NCBI GenBank assembly: GCA_964510585.1 | Contig: CAZECW010000004.1 | Coordinates: 1-32,000, forward strand | Direction: 5' to 3' | DNA from: an uncultured archaeon | GTDB lineage: Archaea > Asgardarchaeota > Jordiarchaeia > Jordiarchaeales > Jordiarchaeaceae | Length of the DNA: 32,000 bases | Shown here: piece by piece, positions 1 to 10,200 of the stretch | Numbering within the stretch: the stretch's first letter is position 1 | Layout of the letters: each line of letters opens with the position of its first letter | Notes under the pieces: model-generated | What the model was told of the DNA's origin: nothing | What the model saw: only the letters and a program-made list of their open reading frames with translations | Database searches by the model: none | Made by a program: the position numbers and the translations under genes

Positions 1-270
1 AAGATGTGGTTTATTGTGATCCTTTTGTTGGGCTTGTTTTCAAGTTCTGGGTCTTGTTGCTTTTTGCACACGAAAATCTAGTTCGCTTGCGTCGATTTAA
101 GGAGTGCGGTGGCCCAAAACATATACTTTCCGTTTACGGTAAAAAGAAGCATTCAAACTATTTTTCAAGGCGAAATATTATAAATGAAAAGGGAGCAATA
201 TTGAAAGTGAAAAAGGTACAGATTCAGAATCACGTTAGGTTCACAACAAAAAGTGCAGGAGACGAACTGG

Positions 271-789
271 ATGGGTGAGGAACCCCGGGTTGTTAAAATT
301 TTGGTCACAGGACCTTACTCCTCTGGAAAAAGTACAGTGGTCAGCAAACTCTGCAAAGACGCAGTAAGTATAGATGCGCTTCAGACCACTGTTGGTTTTG
401 ATTTTGGTTCCAGATACGAGGAAGTCAATTTTTTGGATTTGAAGATTTTTGGAACCCCTGGACAAGAGAGGTTCAAATTTTTACAAGAGATTTTAGCTAA
501 GGGGAGTGCGGGTATTTTGTTAGTGGTGGATAGTACTTCTCCCGAAAATGTGGACTTAGCGAAAAATATTCTAGTGAGAATAAGGAAGGAGCTTTCAAAG
601 AAGGTGCCTGTTGTTATTCTCGCTAACAAACAGGATTTGGTAGGGGCTCTAAGCCCAGAGCAAGTTAGAAAAAGGATGGGAGTTTCACGCAATGTCCCGG
701 TCATAGGCACCGTGGCTCCAGAATCCATTGGTCTAAAAGAAGCTATTACAACTTTAATCAAACTAATGTTAAAGGCGGAAAAACAGTAG
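271..789 (+). CDS. Small Ras-superfamily GTPase (Arf/MglA/Rab-like)
   Basis: G1 GPYSSGKS, G2 TTVGFDF, G3 FGTPGQERF, G4 NKQD. ATG at 271 preferred over the GTG at 253. Confidence 0.9.
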   Translation: MGEEPRVVKILVTGPYSSGKSTVVSKLCKDAVSIDALQTTVGFDFGSRYEEVNFLDLKIFGTPGQERFKFLQEILAKGSAGILLVVDSTSPENVDLAKNILVRIRKELSKKVPVVILANKQDLVGALSPEQVRKRMGVSRNVPVIGTVAPESIGLKEAITTLIKLMLKAEKQ

Positions 790-868
790 ACGTAAATTGG
801 AACTATTACTTAATTATAAATTTTGTTCATAATAAGTTTTTATTGTGTAATTTTACTGTTTTTGGGTT

Positions 869-1564
869 CTATATTGCGGGTTTTCCACATTTTTTGCAGT
901 ACCTTGCTTTTGGGGGCAACCTTGATCCACAGTATATGCAGAAGGAAAATTCGTCGTCGTTTTCTGAGAATAGTGTGGTGCTTCCGTAGTTTTGTGGATA
1001 GTTTGATTCGTTTTGATTCATTTCTTCAGAGTGGTTAAAAAGGTCAGATATGGACTCGTTGTGGCTTCCTTTTTCTTTGGGAGTGGGTGGGATTGAGTTG
1101 TGCTCGGTGTTTTCTGCGTTTTCAAATAGGTCTGACGCTGTGATTGGTTTATTGCGGTAGGGGTATGGTTTGGCGGATTCTTTGGGCTCGTAGTATCGAG
1201 GCCCGAGATCATTGATGGTCAGACCTTTTGAGTATTCTATGAATTTATTGTGTAAGTATGTTTTTAATCGAAAATAGTCTTCTTTAGATAAGCCCAGTAG
1301 TTCGAGTGCTCTATCTCTGTTTTCGCATGGTTTTTCTAAGCTGCAGCAGTAAGCTAAGCTACCATAACAGGTGGTTGCCATTGCTTGTTCTTGTGGACTT
1401 TTAAATATGGGGGGTATACGGGCACCACCAATTATTAGGACGCTCCCCTCTTCTACCTTTATGTCTGCGAAGCCTTCTGTTATTAGAGCTTGTAAAACTT
1501 GGTTTGCAGGGTAGACTCTGCCGCCAATGACAATGAACCCCTCAGCCTTAGGCGCCCTTTCCAT
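869..1564 (-). CDS. Cys-rich protein: methanogenesis-marker-9-like domain, low-complexity linker, C-terminal double zinc ribbon
   Basis: TCYGSLAYCCSLEKPCENRDRALELLGLSKEDY resembles, from memory, the marker-9/COG4008 motif CFGSLxWCCKxxKPCxxRD. The C-terminus is CIYCGSRLPPKARYCKKCG. Confidence 0.65.
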   Translation of the reverse strand: MERAPKAEGFIVIGGRVYPANQVLQALITEGFADIKVEEGSVLIIGGARIPPIFKSPQEQAMATTCYGSLAYCCSLEKPCENRDRALELLGLSKEDYFRLKTYLHNKFIEYSKGLTINDLGPRYYEPKESAKPYPYRNKPITASDLFENAENTEHNSIPPTPKEKGSHNESISDLFNHSEEMNQNESNYPQNYGSTTLFSENDDEFSFCIYCGSRLPPKARYCKKCGKPAI

Positions 1565-1736
1565 GTGTATCCATCCAGAGTTTAAAATTATGTTTGAAAA
1601 CAGCTGTTTTAAACAATATTAACATTTTTACGCTTCAAATAGCGGTTCTTAAAATATTTTTTAATGTCCATATTAATAATTGTAAATGTTTTCCACGTAT
1701 ATTGGTTTAGCTAGTTTTTAATTAAAGACTTGACGT

Positions 1737-2267
1737 TCATCCGCAGGGTGCTTCGGAGAGAATTACTTCTTCCCTTTTTTTAGATGTTTTCCTTTTTCTG
1801 ACCGTATTTCTGTTGTTAATTTTTTCAGTTTTTCCCGATGGGCAGTTGTGCTTTTCGGGTAGTCTATGTTCGGCGCAGTAGTATCCGCCGCAGCGTTTAC
1901 ATTTGAAGGTTAGAGGAGTTATGGCTAGGCAGTAGTTGCAAGTTCCGCTGGCATATCCTAAGCGTGTCACCGTTATTTCTTCGAATTTCACATTTTTGCC
2001 CAAGAGGAGGTATAGTCTTATTAGGATTTTTTTCGCTATTTCTTCGCACTCCTCTTTAGAAATACGCTCGTCTGGAATTATTATGTTTATTTTATCTCCG
2101 TCCACGATGAGAGTGACGTCTACACTTCGTCCGTTGTGTTCTATGCTTCCCCGGGCAATATTTTGGCCAATAATACTTAAAGCCATTTCTGAGGTTAATC
2201 TCTGGAAGATTACTTGATTTAAACCATTAATTAGCGCCTGAAAAATTTGATTACTCATACTTTTCAC
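1737..2267 (-). CDS. AN1-type zinc finger protein
   Basis: CNYC-x7-CKRCGGYYCAEHRLPEKHNC matches the AN1 zinc-finger pattern. Confidence 0.85.
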   Translation of the reverse strand: MKSMSNQIFQALINGLNQVIFQRLTSEMALSIIGQNIARGSIEHNGRSVDVTLIVDGDKINIIIPDERISKEECEEIAKKILIRLYLLLGKNVKFEEITVTRLGYASGTCNYCLAITPLTFKCKRCGGYYCAEHRLPEKHNCPSGKTEKINNRNTVRKRKTSKKREEVILSEAPCG

Positions 2268-2524
2268 CCAAATTTAGCTCTTGAAATAAAAAAGCCACTT
2301 AAAGTTTATTAAGTAATCCCAAAAATATATCCCAACGCCTACGCAAAAATAAATTCTAGCTATTGGATTTTAGTTAAAATATTTTATTTACCTGTGCTAA
2401 CATGTTTTTCCATAAGAGCACAAACTTACATTAGTTGGGCTGTTTTTATGCCCACATCAAAAGTTTTAATATGTTAGGTTAGCAGATATTCTTTAGAGAA
2501 AAGTGAAAGGGGCTGTTAAAAGCG

Positions 2525-3316
2525 TTGTCCAGCAATTTTGAACTAACCCTGGCACGGGAAACACAACTAATGTATCAGAGAACTCGCGGTTTTGAGCCGG
2601 TTAAAGGCGATCTTACTCGTTGGAGAGGCGAGATCGCCGGTAGAGGCGAATTCCGAGGACTTAAATTTGAGGTGGAAATTAGAGTCCCGCCCACATTCCC
2701 AATGGATCCTCCCCAAGTGTACATGATTTCTCCTACTGAGCACCCTAATGTAGATATTGAAACGGGAAGGGTGCAACTGAATATTTTGGAGCATTGGAGA
2801 CCGGAGTACCACCTTTATCATGTAGTAAATACTCTGAAGGGTACTTTTGCGAGGATCCCTCCACGCCCAGCAACAAGTCGAGTTAGATTAGGAAAAGAGG
2901 CTCCCAAGGTGACTTTAACACTGGTTGGAAAAGAGGATAAGACTGAAGAGGGAGAAGTAATTAGCTCCGAGGCCGCTTCAGAATTATCTGGGATTGAGTC
3001 TGAAATCCAGAAACTTAGACGCTTGCTCCAGGAACGCGAGGAAGAAATAGCCATGCTACGTGGCAGATTGTCCGCTCACAATGTACCAGAAGTGGCTCAG
3101 GAAAGTGAGTCCACATCTCTTCCTGAAGATCCCGCTTTTCGTGAAGTTCTAGATGTTGAGAGTGAGAAAATAGCTATTGAGGACTTAATTAGAACCCTAG
3201 AAGAAAAATTTGAAGCGGGAGAAGTAGGTCCAACAGAGTATGCTAAGCTATATAAGAGATATAAGAAACAACTATACATAGTAAACAAGAAACTAGAGAA
3301 GCTTTCAGCTAAGTAA
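2525..3316 (+). CDS. vps23: ESCRT-I Vps23/Vps37-like subunit (UEV domain, coiled coil, steadiness-box-like C-terminus)
   Basis: UBC-fold motifs FPMDPPQV and HPNVD..GRVQL, with Gln where the E2 catalytic Cys would be, so a UEV. Followed by a coiled coil and a helical-hairpin C-terminus (IEDLIRTLEEKFEAGEVGPTEYAKLYKRY). First gene of the cluster. Confidence 0.85.
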   Translation: MSSNFELTLARETQLMYQRTRGFEPVKGDLTRWRGEIAGRGEFRGLKFEVEIRVPPTFPMDPPQVYMISPTEHPNVDIETGRVQLNILEHWRPEYHLYHVVNTLKGTFARIPPRPATSRVRLGKEAPKVTLTLVGKEDKTEEGEVISSEAASELSGIESEIQKLRRLLQEREEEIAMLRGRLSAHNVPEVAQESESTSLPEDPAFREVLDVESEKIAIEDLIRTLEEKFEAGEVGPTEYAKLYKRYKKQLYIVNKKLEKLSAK

Positions 3317-3339
3317 TCCGCGAGGATGGAGGATAAAAA

Positions 3340-4008
3340 ATGAAGAATGCAGAAAAATCCAGAGGGAAACAATTGAAGAACGACTTGGAAGAACATTTGG
3401 AGTTAGAGGCGGAACTGTACTCCTGCATAGCTACTCTGGATATGTTGGGTAAAAATTATGATAACGGTTTAATTGATGCCTCCACCTACAGCCGCCAAAT
3501 GAGAGCCTACATCCAAAAAATTATCGACGTACGTAAAAAGTTGGAAGAAAAAGGATTTGATCTATCCAAGTTTATAGAGCAGGAAAAAATCATAGAAAAT
3601 TATCCTAATGCAGCGGTGAAGCTGAGAATTGTTAAATCCGATGAAACTGTTATGAGACCAGAGGAAGAGATACCCTTAGAAATAGTTAAGTTTTCCCCAG
3701 CAAAACTAGCCACGGAAACAGCGGACCTTGTAACAAACTTCATCACATTAATAGACTGCGTCCAATTAGGAGACTACGCCCGGGTGGATAATATAGTCCC
3801 CATAATGGACGACATAATACTCCTCATGGAAAACTACACAGGACTGAATGACAAGAACTACTGGGTTTACAAAGAGATAACCGCTTGGCGTGACAAACTC
3901 AAAAACGAGCCTCCAGACCTTGTAATTGACTCCGAAGACGCCAAAAAGATAGAATATGACGCGGTAAGGTGGTTTAAAGACTTCCGCCAAAGAATAAGAC
4001 AATTATAG
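3340..4008 (+). CDS. vps28: ESCRT-I Vps28-like subunit
   Basis: AELYSCIATLDMLGKNY and NFITLIDCVQL resemble the Vps28 N- and C-terminal domain motifs. Directly downstream of the UEV gene. Confidence 0.85.
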   Translation: MKNAEKSRGKQLKNDLEEHLELEAELYSCIATLDMLGKNYDNGLIDASTYSRQMRAYIQKIIDVRKKLEEKGFDLSKFIEQEKIIENYPNAAVKLRIVKSDETVMRPEEEIPLEIVKFSPAKLATETADLVTNFITLIDCVQLGDYARVDNIVPIMDDIILLMENYTGLNDKNYWVYKEITAWRDKLKNEPPDLVIDSEDAKKIEYDAVRWFKDFRQRIRQL

Positions 4009-4025
4009 AAGAGGAGCCATAAAAG

Positions 4026-4760
4026 ATGGGGATACGGGAATTACGCGACAGGATGGAGAAAAAAAAGTACATGCAAAAAAAGGCCACAGAATTCAAACTG
4101 GAGGAAATAAAAAGCGACCTGGAAACTGCAACAGAAACAAAAGAGAAACTGGAAGAAATCGCTAGAAAATATGGAGTCATCATAGCCACCAGTCCCAAAC
4201 TCCAGGACGAAATTGAGAGAATCAGAAAACAGTACGGAATACCCAAAGAATCCATAATTACCCAAATAATTTCTGAAGAAGAAGTACTCAAAAAGGGAGC
4301 AATGGGAATAGGAACAAAAATCGACCACGAAAAACTGGGAATGCTACTCTACCAAAGAGCCCTTCTTAAACGCAAAGAAAATGGAGGAATAATGACCTTC
4401 GCGGAAGCCTACCTACTGACAAACACGGGAAAACTCGCCCAAAAACTAGAAAACAAAGACATTGAAAAAGCAGTAAAAATACTTGAGAAAAACAAACTCA
4501 TACCAGGAACACGCCAACTGAAAAGCGGAGTAAAAATAATAAGCTTCTTCCCAATAGAACTCACCGACGACCAAAACGAAGTACTAAGCATAGCAAGCAG
4601 AAGCGGAATCATCACCCTAGAAGAAATAATGCTAAAAACAGGTTGGACAAAAACCCGCGCACAAAACGTACTACAAACCCTAGAAGAAGAAGGTATAACC
4701 CGAAAAGACGAAAGCTACGCACACGGAGAAAAATACTACTTCCCAGGATTTATGCACTAA
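4026..4760 (+). CDS. vps22: ESCRT-II Vps22/36-like (EAP30 family) winged-helix protein
   Basis: N-terminal MGIRELR, NGGIMTF, and C-terminal winged helix (LTDDQNEVL..GWTKTRAQNVLQTLEEEG..YYFPG). Operon context. Confidence 0.8.
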   Translation: MGIRELRDRMEKKKYMQKKATEFKLEEIKSDLETATETKEKLEEIARKYGVIIATSPKLQDEIERIRKQYGIPKESIITQIISEEEVLKKGAMGIGTKIDHEKLGMLLYQRALLKRKENGGIMTFAEAYLLTNTGKLAQKLENKDIEKAVKILEKNKLIPGTRQLKSGVKIISFFPIELTDDQNEVLSIASRSGIITLEEIMLKTGWTKTRAQNVLQTLEEEGITRKDESYAHGEKYYFPGFMH

Positions 4761-4932
4761 AAAGTTCTCCAATCTCAGAAAAAGCTCTTCACAAATTTCT
4801 CTCATTTTCCAAAAAGCCAAACCAACCAGAAGACAACTGTGACACAAAAACCTTCCCTTTTTTCAAAATATTAGGAACACTTGAACTAGAAACCAGAATT
4901 TAAAAAAAAGAGGGGAGAGGGGATTTTCCGCA

Positions 4933-6663
4933 CTACTCTGGCGGAATTTCGGCATATATGGTAGCCATATCTATACCTATTCTCCTGTTGTGTGCATAGT
5001 ACGCTGCGAAGATTAAACCGCCCAGGCCGAATACGAACACGTTGAGTAGGAATCCCTGCAGAGCCAGTGCTCTTATGGCTGCAAATATTACGAAGGTTGT
5101 GCCGAAGAACGCTATGATACCAGCAATGGTGATGACGGGTATGCGGCCCACTTGCCACTTGAATCCTCTCTCGTAGATTTCTGGTTTAATGTATGGGAAC
5201 AGTATTGCTGCCATAGCTCCGAACCAGAGCATAGTTGTATCCATAACCACAGTATCAAAGGCTGCCATGAAGATGTCGAGTGATGAGAGCAGAACACCCG
5301 CAACGGCAACTATGGCTACTAGTGTGGTTGCCCAAACTGGGCTGTGCCATCTCTCACTAACCTCGGCAAACTTCACTGGGAATGTTCTGTCGAATGACCA
5401 TGCAAAGGTAGTTCTAGCAGCGGTGATAAGGAATGGTGGAATGTCGTTCATCAACCATAGGGCTCCCGCTATGGCAATTAGGAACGCGATAGGCCCTGAA
5501 GCGTATGGAACCTGTAGTGTTGCGTAGAATGGTAACTGGGTTCCTATAGGAGCTGGCCAGCTGGGAAGGGCCCATGGAGGTATCAGCGCCAGGTACATTG
5601 AGAGGTTGTCGCCCCATGCAGCTTGCAGGGCAGCGTATAGACCCGCGTATTCGGGGTTCATTGTGAGGGCCCATGTAATGTCGCTCTGAGCTTCTGCTGC
5701 GACGACGTACACGTTTGCGAAAAGTCCGCTGGTGTTTAGCGCCAGGAAGCTAATTCCAATATAGTATGCCGCAATTATTAGGGTTCCGTAGACTACAGAT
5801 ATTATCATGTTTCTGTTGGGTTCTTTCATCTCGCCGCCCACGAATGTGGATGCGGTGAACCCGATGTAAGCCCAGGTGAGCAGTGCTACTGCGCTGACTG
5901 TGTCATCCATTGGGGTGGTGGCAAGGATACCATTCCAATAGTGAGCGAGGGCTGCTTCAAAGTAGTTGTTGAATAGTCGGGTAAGGGCGTTGTCCAGCCC
6001 TTCACTTGTGATGAAGTCTATGGGGTTAGAGTAGGCTAGGGCGTAGTTGACCATGGCGTTGGCCGTGTTTCCAGTTATCAGGTAAAATATTGTGAAAATG
6101 CTTCCTATTGCTGAGATGATGAGCATGGCATTTAGTACTTTTCCAAAGATGTTTAGTCCAGCTACTGTGACTATGTAGAAGACCACCACCAAAATTATCC
6201 CCACTATTATACCGGCTTCTTTGGACTGCATCCAGGTACCTATCTGGAACAGCCCGTCTGTGGGGACTCGCCCAATGACTTGGAGTCCGAAGCCGAGGAA
6301 GGCGGTGTCCAGGAAGGCGATGATGCCGAAGGATAGTGCCACGGAGACCCACCAGACCCAGCTGCTTAGGAATCCTATGAAGGGACTCAGTGTTCGGCTG
6401 ATGTATACGTAGCCGCCGCCGGATCGGGGCATTGCTACTCCGAACAGGGCGAAGACAACTGCAGCGGATATGGCGGGTATTGCTCCTATGGCGAATGCCA
6501 GTGGTACGTTGGCCAGTGGAAGTGCCGCGGGCGTGTTTACTGAGTATTTGTTGATTCCTCCGCCGATGACGTTGCAGAGCACTATTGATAGGGCGGTGAA
6601 CCAGCCAATTTCACGTACTAGGCCTGTTGCATCTCTTGCGAAGGTTACCTTTTTTGCTCCCAT
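4933..6663 (-). CDS. APC-family amino acid/polyamine permease
   Basis: TFARDATGLVRE N-terminus, NVIGGGI, AMPRSGGGYVYISR, GGEMKEP, and about 12 or more hydrophobic segments. Confidence 0.9.
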   Translation of the reverse strand: MGAKKVTFARDATGLVREIGWFTALSIVLCNVIGGGINKYSVNTPAALPLANVPLAFAIGAIPAISAAVVFALFGVAMPRSGGGYVYISRTLSPFIGFLSSWVWWVSVALSFGIIAFLDTAFLGFGLQVIGRVPTDGLFQIGTWMQSKEAGIIVGIILVVVFYIVTVAGLNIFGKVLNAMLIISAIGSIFTIFYLITGNTANAMVNYALAYSNPIDFITSEGLDNALTRLFNNYFEAALAHYWNGILATTPMDDTVSAVALLTWAYIGFTASTFVGGEMKEPNRNMIISVVYGTLIIAAYYIGISFLALNTSGLFANVYVVAAEAQSDITWALTMNPEYAGLYAALQAAWGDNLSMYLALIPPWALPSWPAPIGTQLPFYATLQVPYASGPIAFLIAIAGALWLMNDIPPFLITAARTTFAWSFDRTFPVKFAEVSERWHSPVWATTLVAIVAVAGVLLSSLDIFMAAFDTVVMDTTMLWFGAMAAILFPYIKPEIYERGFKWQVGRIPVITIAGIIAFFGTTFVIFAAIRALALQGFLLNVFVFGLGGLIFAAYYAHNRRIGIDMATIYAEIPPE

Positions 6664-7266
6664 TTTTTAAGTCCTCCTTCCTAGATTGGACTTTCTTCTA
6701 AAATTTTTGTTTCACTTATATAAGATTATCTATTTACAATTGTATAGTACCACGGTAAAAGTCGAAGTGAACCAAAAAAGAGGAAGTATGGATTTATCCA
6801 AGGTGGATTAAGGAAATACCAAAGAAAATTTTATTTATCTTAGAAATTAAGACAAAAAAGATAATTTAACTAATAATATAAGAATAAGTCTTGTTGGCAG
6901 GGGAATTATATAAATAATTATTATTTGTAATTATTTACATAAATATTAATAACTTAATAAATATTTATATGTACCTAAAACATAACTAATAAGCTTAAAC
7001 CTTGAGAAAATTCAAAATTGTATATAGAGCAGAACAATTTTAACCCAATAAAAATTGTCGTAAGAATCCTGCTTGATGGACAAAACCGTTAAAAGAAAAA
7101 ACTAAACGTATAATCTTATAAACTAAGTGGTTTAGGCAAATAATTTTTAAATATAAACAAAAGCACATATAAGTCAATTAAACATCCCCCCCAAAAAAAG
7201 ACTCTAAAAAGGTAAGAAGATGGGAAATCCATCCCCAACAAAGGGAAACGCAACGTAGCAAAAACA

Positions 7267-10200
7267 GTGATTGAAATGGAAAATAGGAAAAAGGCATCAG
7301 CAATACTCATAATTTGCGTAATACTCTTCCTTACTACAGCCCTCATAGTTACCAACACAATACCTCTAACACTACCTCCCAGTCAGAATAATTCCCTACA
7401 ACTGAAGGAAAACGGAACTTATGCAACAATCCAAATAAATGGAATATATTACAATGTAACTTGGTTTGAAATAAGCAATGAAATCATAAATCAAACAATC
7501 GAGAACAGCGTCGTAGGCACAAATACTTACTATCTTAACATCACTTGGAACAATTATGTTAATCGTTCAGTTGTCATGTCCTTCAACACCACAAATGATA
7601 CAATATACTTCAATGGTGTCCAACTATACATAGGGTATAATAATTCTCCACCAGCCTTGAGGGTGGAGCTAAGAAACGGAACCCAACAGAACTCAAAATG
7701 GGTACCAAGCAACGAAACAATACTATATGAGGAATATAGCATTGACAATTTTACACAAGAGGCAAATTGGGCTACTTTGCTAAATGAGACATCTATACTA
7801 CTTGTTCCATCACACACTTATTTCTTACTGCTCAGGTTGAATGAAACCACAGGTGATGATAATAGTAGTTATTATTATTGGCGGTGTACTCCAGACACAG
7901 GTGATGATAGTGATGGTGTCGATGAAGGAATTGCCCTCGCCTTGGAATTTGAAGATGTAAGTGATTTAAATAACTCTGCTTTTTGGGCTGACTGCGCTGA
8001 TGATTATGATTGCTGGATGATTATGAATTTCACAAAGCTTCAATATACCCTAAGCCTACAGCTCCCTGTGAATTGGACGCTGAGTTATCTCATGGTGGAT
8101 GTTTTTAACAGCACTGGATCCTTCTTTTACCACATTTCGAATAGTATTTCGGGAAACATTACTGGGGGTACGGGAAGCTTCAACGTTACTCTGCCCGATG
8201 GCGATAGAATGTGTCTTGCAGTTATAAAATTTACAGAGATACGTCCAGTTTCATGGTTAACTGTAATTGAGGGTACTAGGAATTCTGATGGCTACGCACG
8301 AACCGTTGGAAACATGAGTGAAGCTCAAAGGTTCAGGTTGCCACATGACTCAAATAATCTCTCAATACAAATATTGATACGCAACACGGGTCTGAAGGAG
8401 AATCTCACAGCGGAGATATGGAATGCCACCTTCGTTGAATCAGTGGGGAGCTATAACCTAACTGGGAAAGTGGTTGATTTGGAGGTGCCATACTGGAACG
8501 TTACCTCAGACTATAATTGGCTAACACTCAACTTTGAAGGCTACTTCTCTGAAGGAGACTACTTTCTAGTAATACATACAAAAGATTGGGCGGGCGATCC
8601 AAGTAGCGGTCCATTTTATGATTGGGCAAGTCACACCAGCTTTTACGAGATTCCCCCATCGGAGGGCTACGAAATATGGACTTCAGAAAATAACCACAGC
8701 AATTGGAACTGGCAGGATATGCGAGATCCCTATGGTCACAGGTACTGGCACTGTATGAAGGTGGAGTCGTACAATTCAACAGACACAAGAAACATTAGCG
8801 TCTGGGTTAACGGTAAGCTGGTCGGTGACAATTGGGTGTGGAATGATACCGTTTGGATACCGGTACAAAAGACGCAGGGCGATAATGTTACCTTCACCCT
8901 AACAAGTAATATGGACTTTGAATACAGCTTAGACTATGATATTTATTACTATAATTATACCTATGATTTGAACAATGAAACACAATTCTATGTTAACGAT
9001 TACCCTATGAGCAACAGCACCCAAGGCTATTTCACCCAGATCTTTACCAGCAGCCAGCTGGGATACAACAGTAGCACGGGACTGGTCGAACTGACTTTCA
9101 AGGCTTGGAACATAACCAGTAAAGAGTGGATAAGCACAAGCGTTAACGCCACAATAAGCGCCTCAATGTACTACATAGAAAACGTTTCGGTATCATCTGC
9201 AACGGAACTAAACTATACCTATGTACATAGCAGTGACGCTGCCATTTCTCTATCACAAGAATCCCTATACATCGACTACTCCAACCTAAATGTATACGCA
9301 GTTAACACGGTTCAACTTAATGGAACAACCCTCCATGGCAACTGGACAGACAACACCCTAACCAATAAGATAACAGTACTCAAAAACGCATTTAACGACA
9401 CACAAATAGGACAAGAAATCTTGGCGGGGGACAATGTAACAATCACCGTAAACTTTTACTCTATAGTAAACATTGAATCCCCAACCCTACCCTACATTGG
9501 CGAGCAAGTCACACTAAACATTACAAATGTAGTCAACACGCCCGACTACTTGAACGTGACCATAATAAGACCCAATGGCACAATACAAACACTCAATGGA
9601 ACCAAACTAAATTATGAAAACTGGAGCGTTAATTTCACACCCGAAGAAACTGGCAAATACATCGCATCAATCACCACACAATCAACAGGCGGAAACATAA
9701 TAAGAAGAGAAGTAGCAAATCGAAGCGTAGAAAAATACTACTATGTATTCACCGTGTATCAATTAGGCTTGGGACTAAATAAGCCCGACATTGTCGCCGA
9801 GGAACCGCTAAGCCTAGGAATACCGTATAATTTGCAGATTTGGGTAAAATACTTACCCTTCAACTCCTCGGAAACCCCACAGGTTAATGTAAACAACATA
9901 ATAGTTCTCCTGAATGGCAGTAAAACAATAAATGACCCAGTGTTCAATAGTTTAACGGGGTTCTGGGAGCTCACAATAATCTGGACCAGCCTCGGCAACC
10001 TAAACATCACAGTGAACGTTACTGATGATAACGGTAGAACTGTCGTCGAAACTTTCATAGTCCAAGTGGTCTACCCAAAACCACCCTCACCTATACCAAT
10101 ATTATCATTAATGACAACATACGCAGCCATAGGTCAGTTTGATATAGACACACTGGCAAGAATCGCCACCATCGTATTCTGGCTACTAATAATAGTTCTC

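Noticed and set aside
6-278. 90-aa plus-strand ORF and the other short antisense or overlapping ORFs in the track
   Set aside because: They have no recognisable motifs, and nearly all are shadows of well-supported genes. A minus-strand gene may begin near position 75 and run off the window, but I cannot support it.
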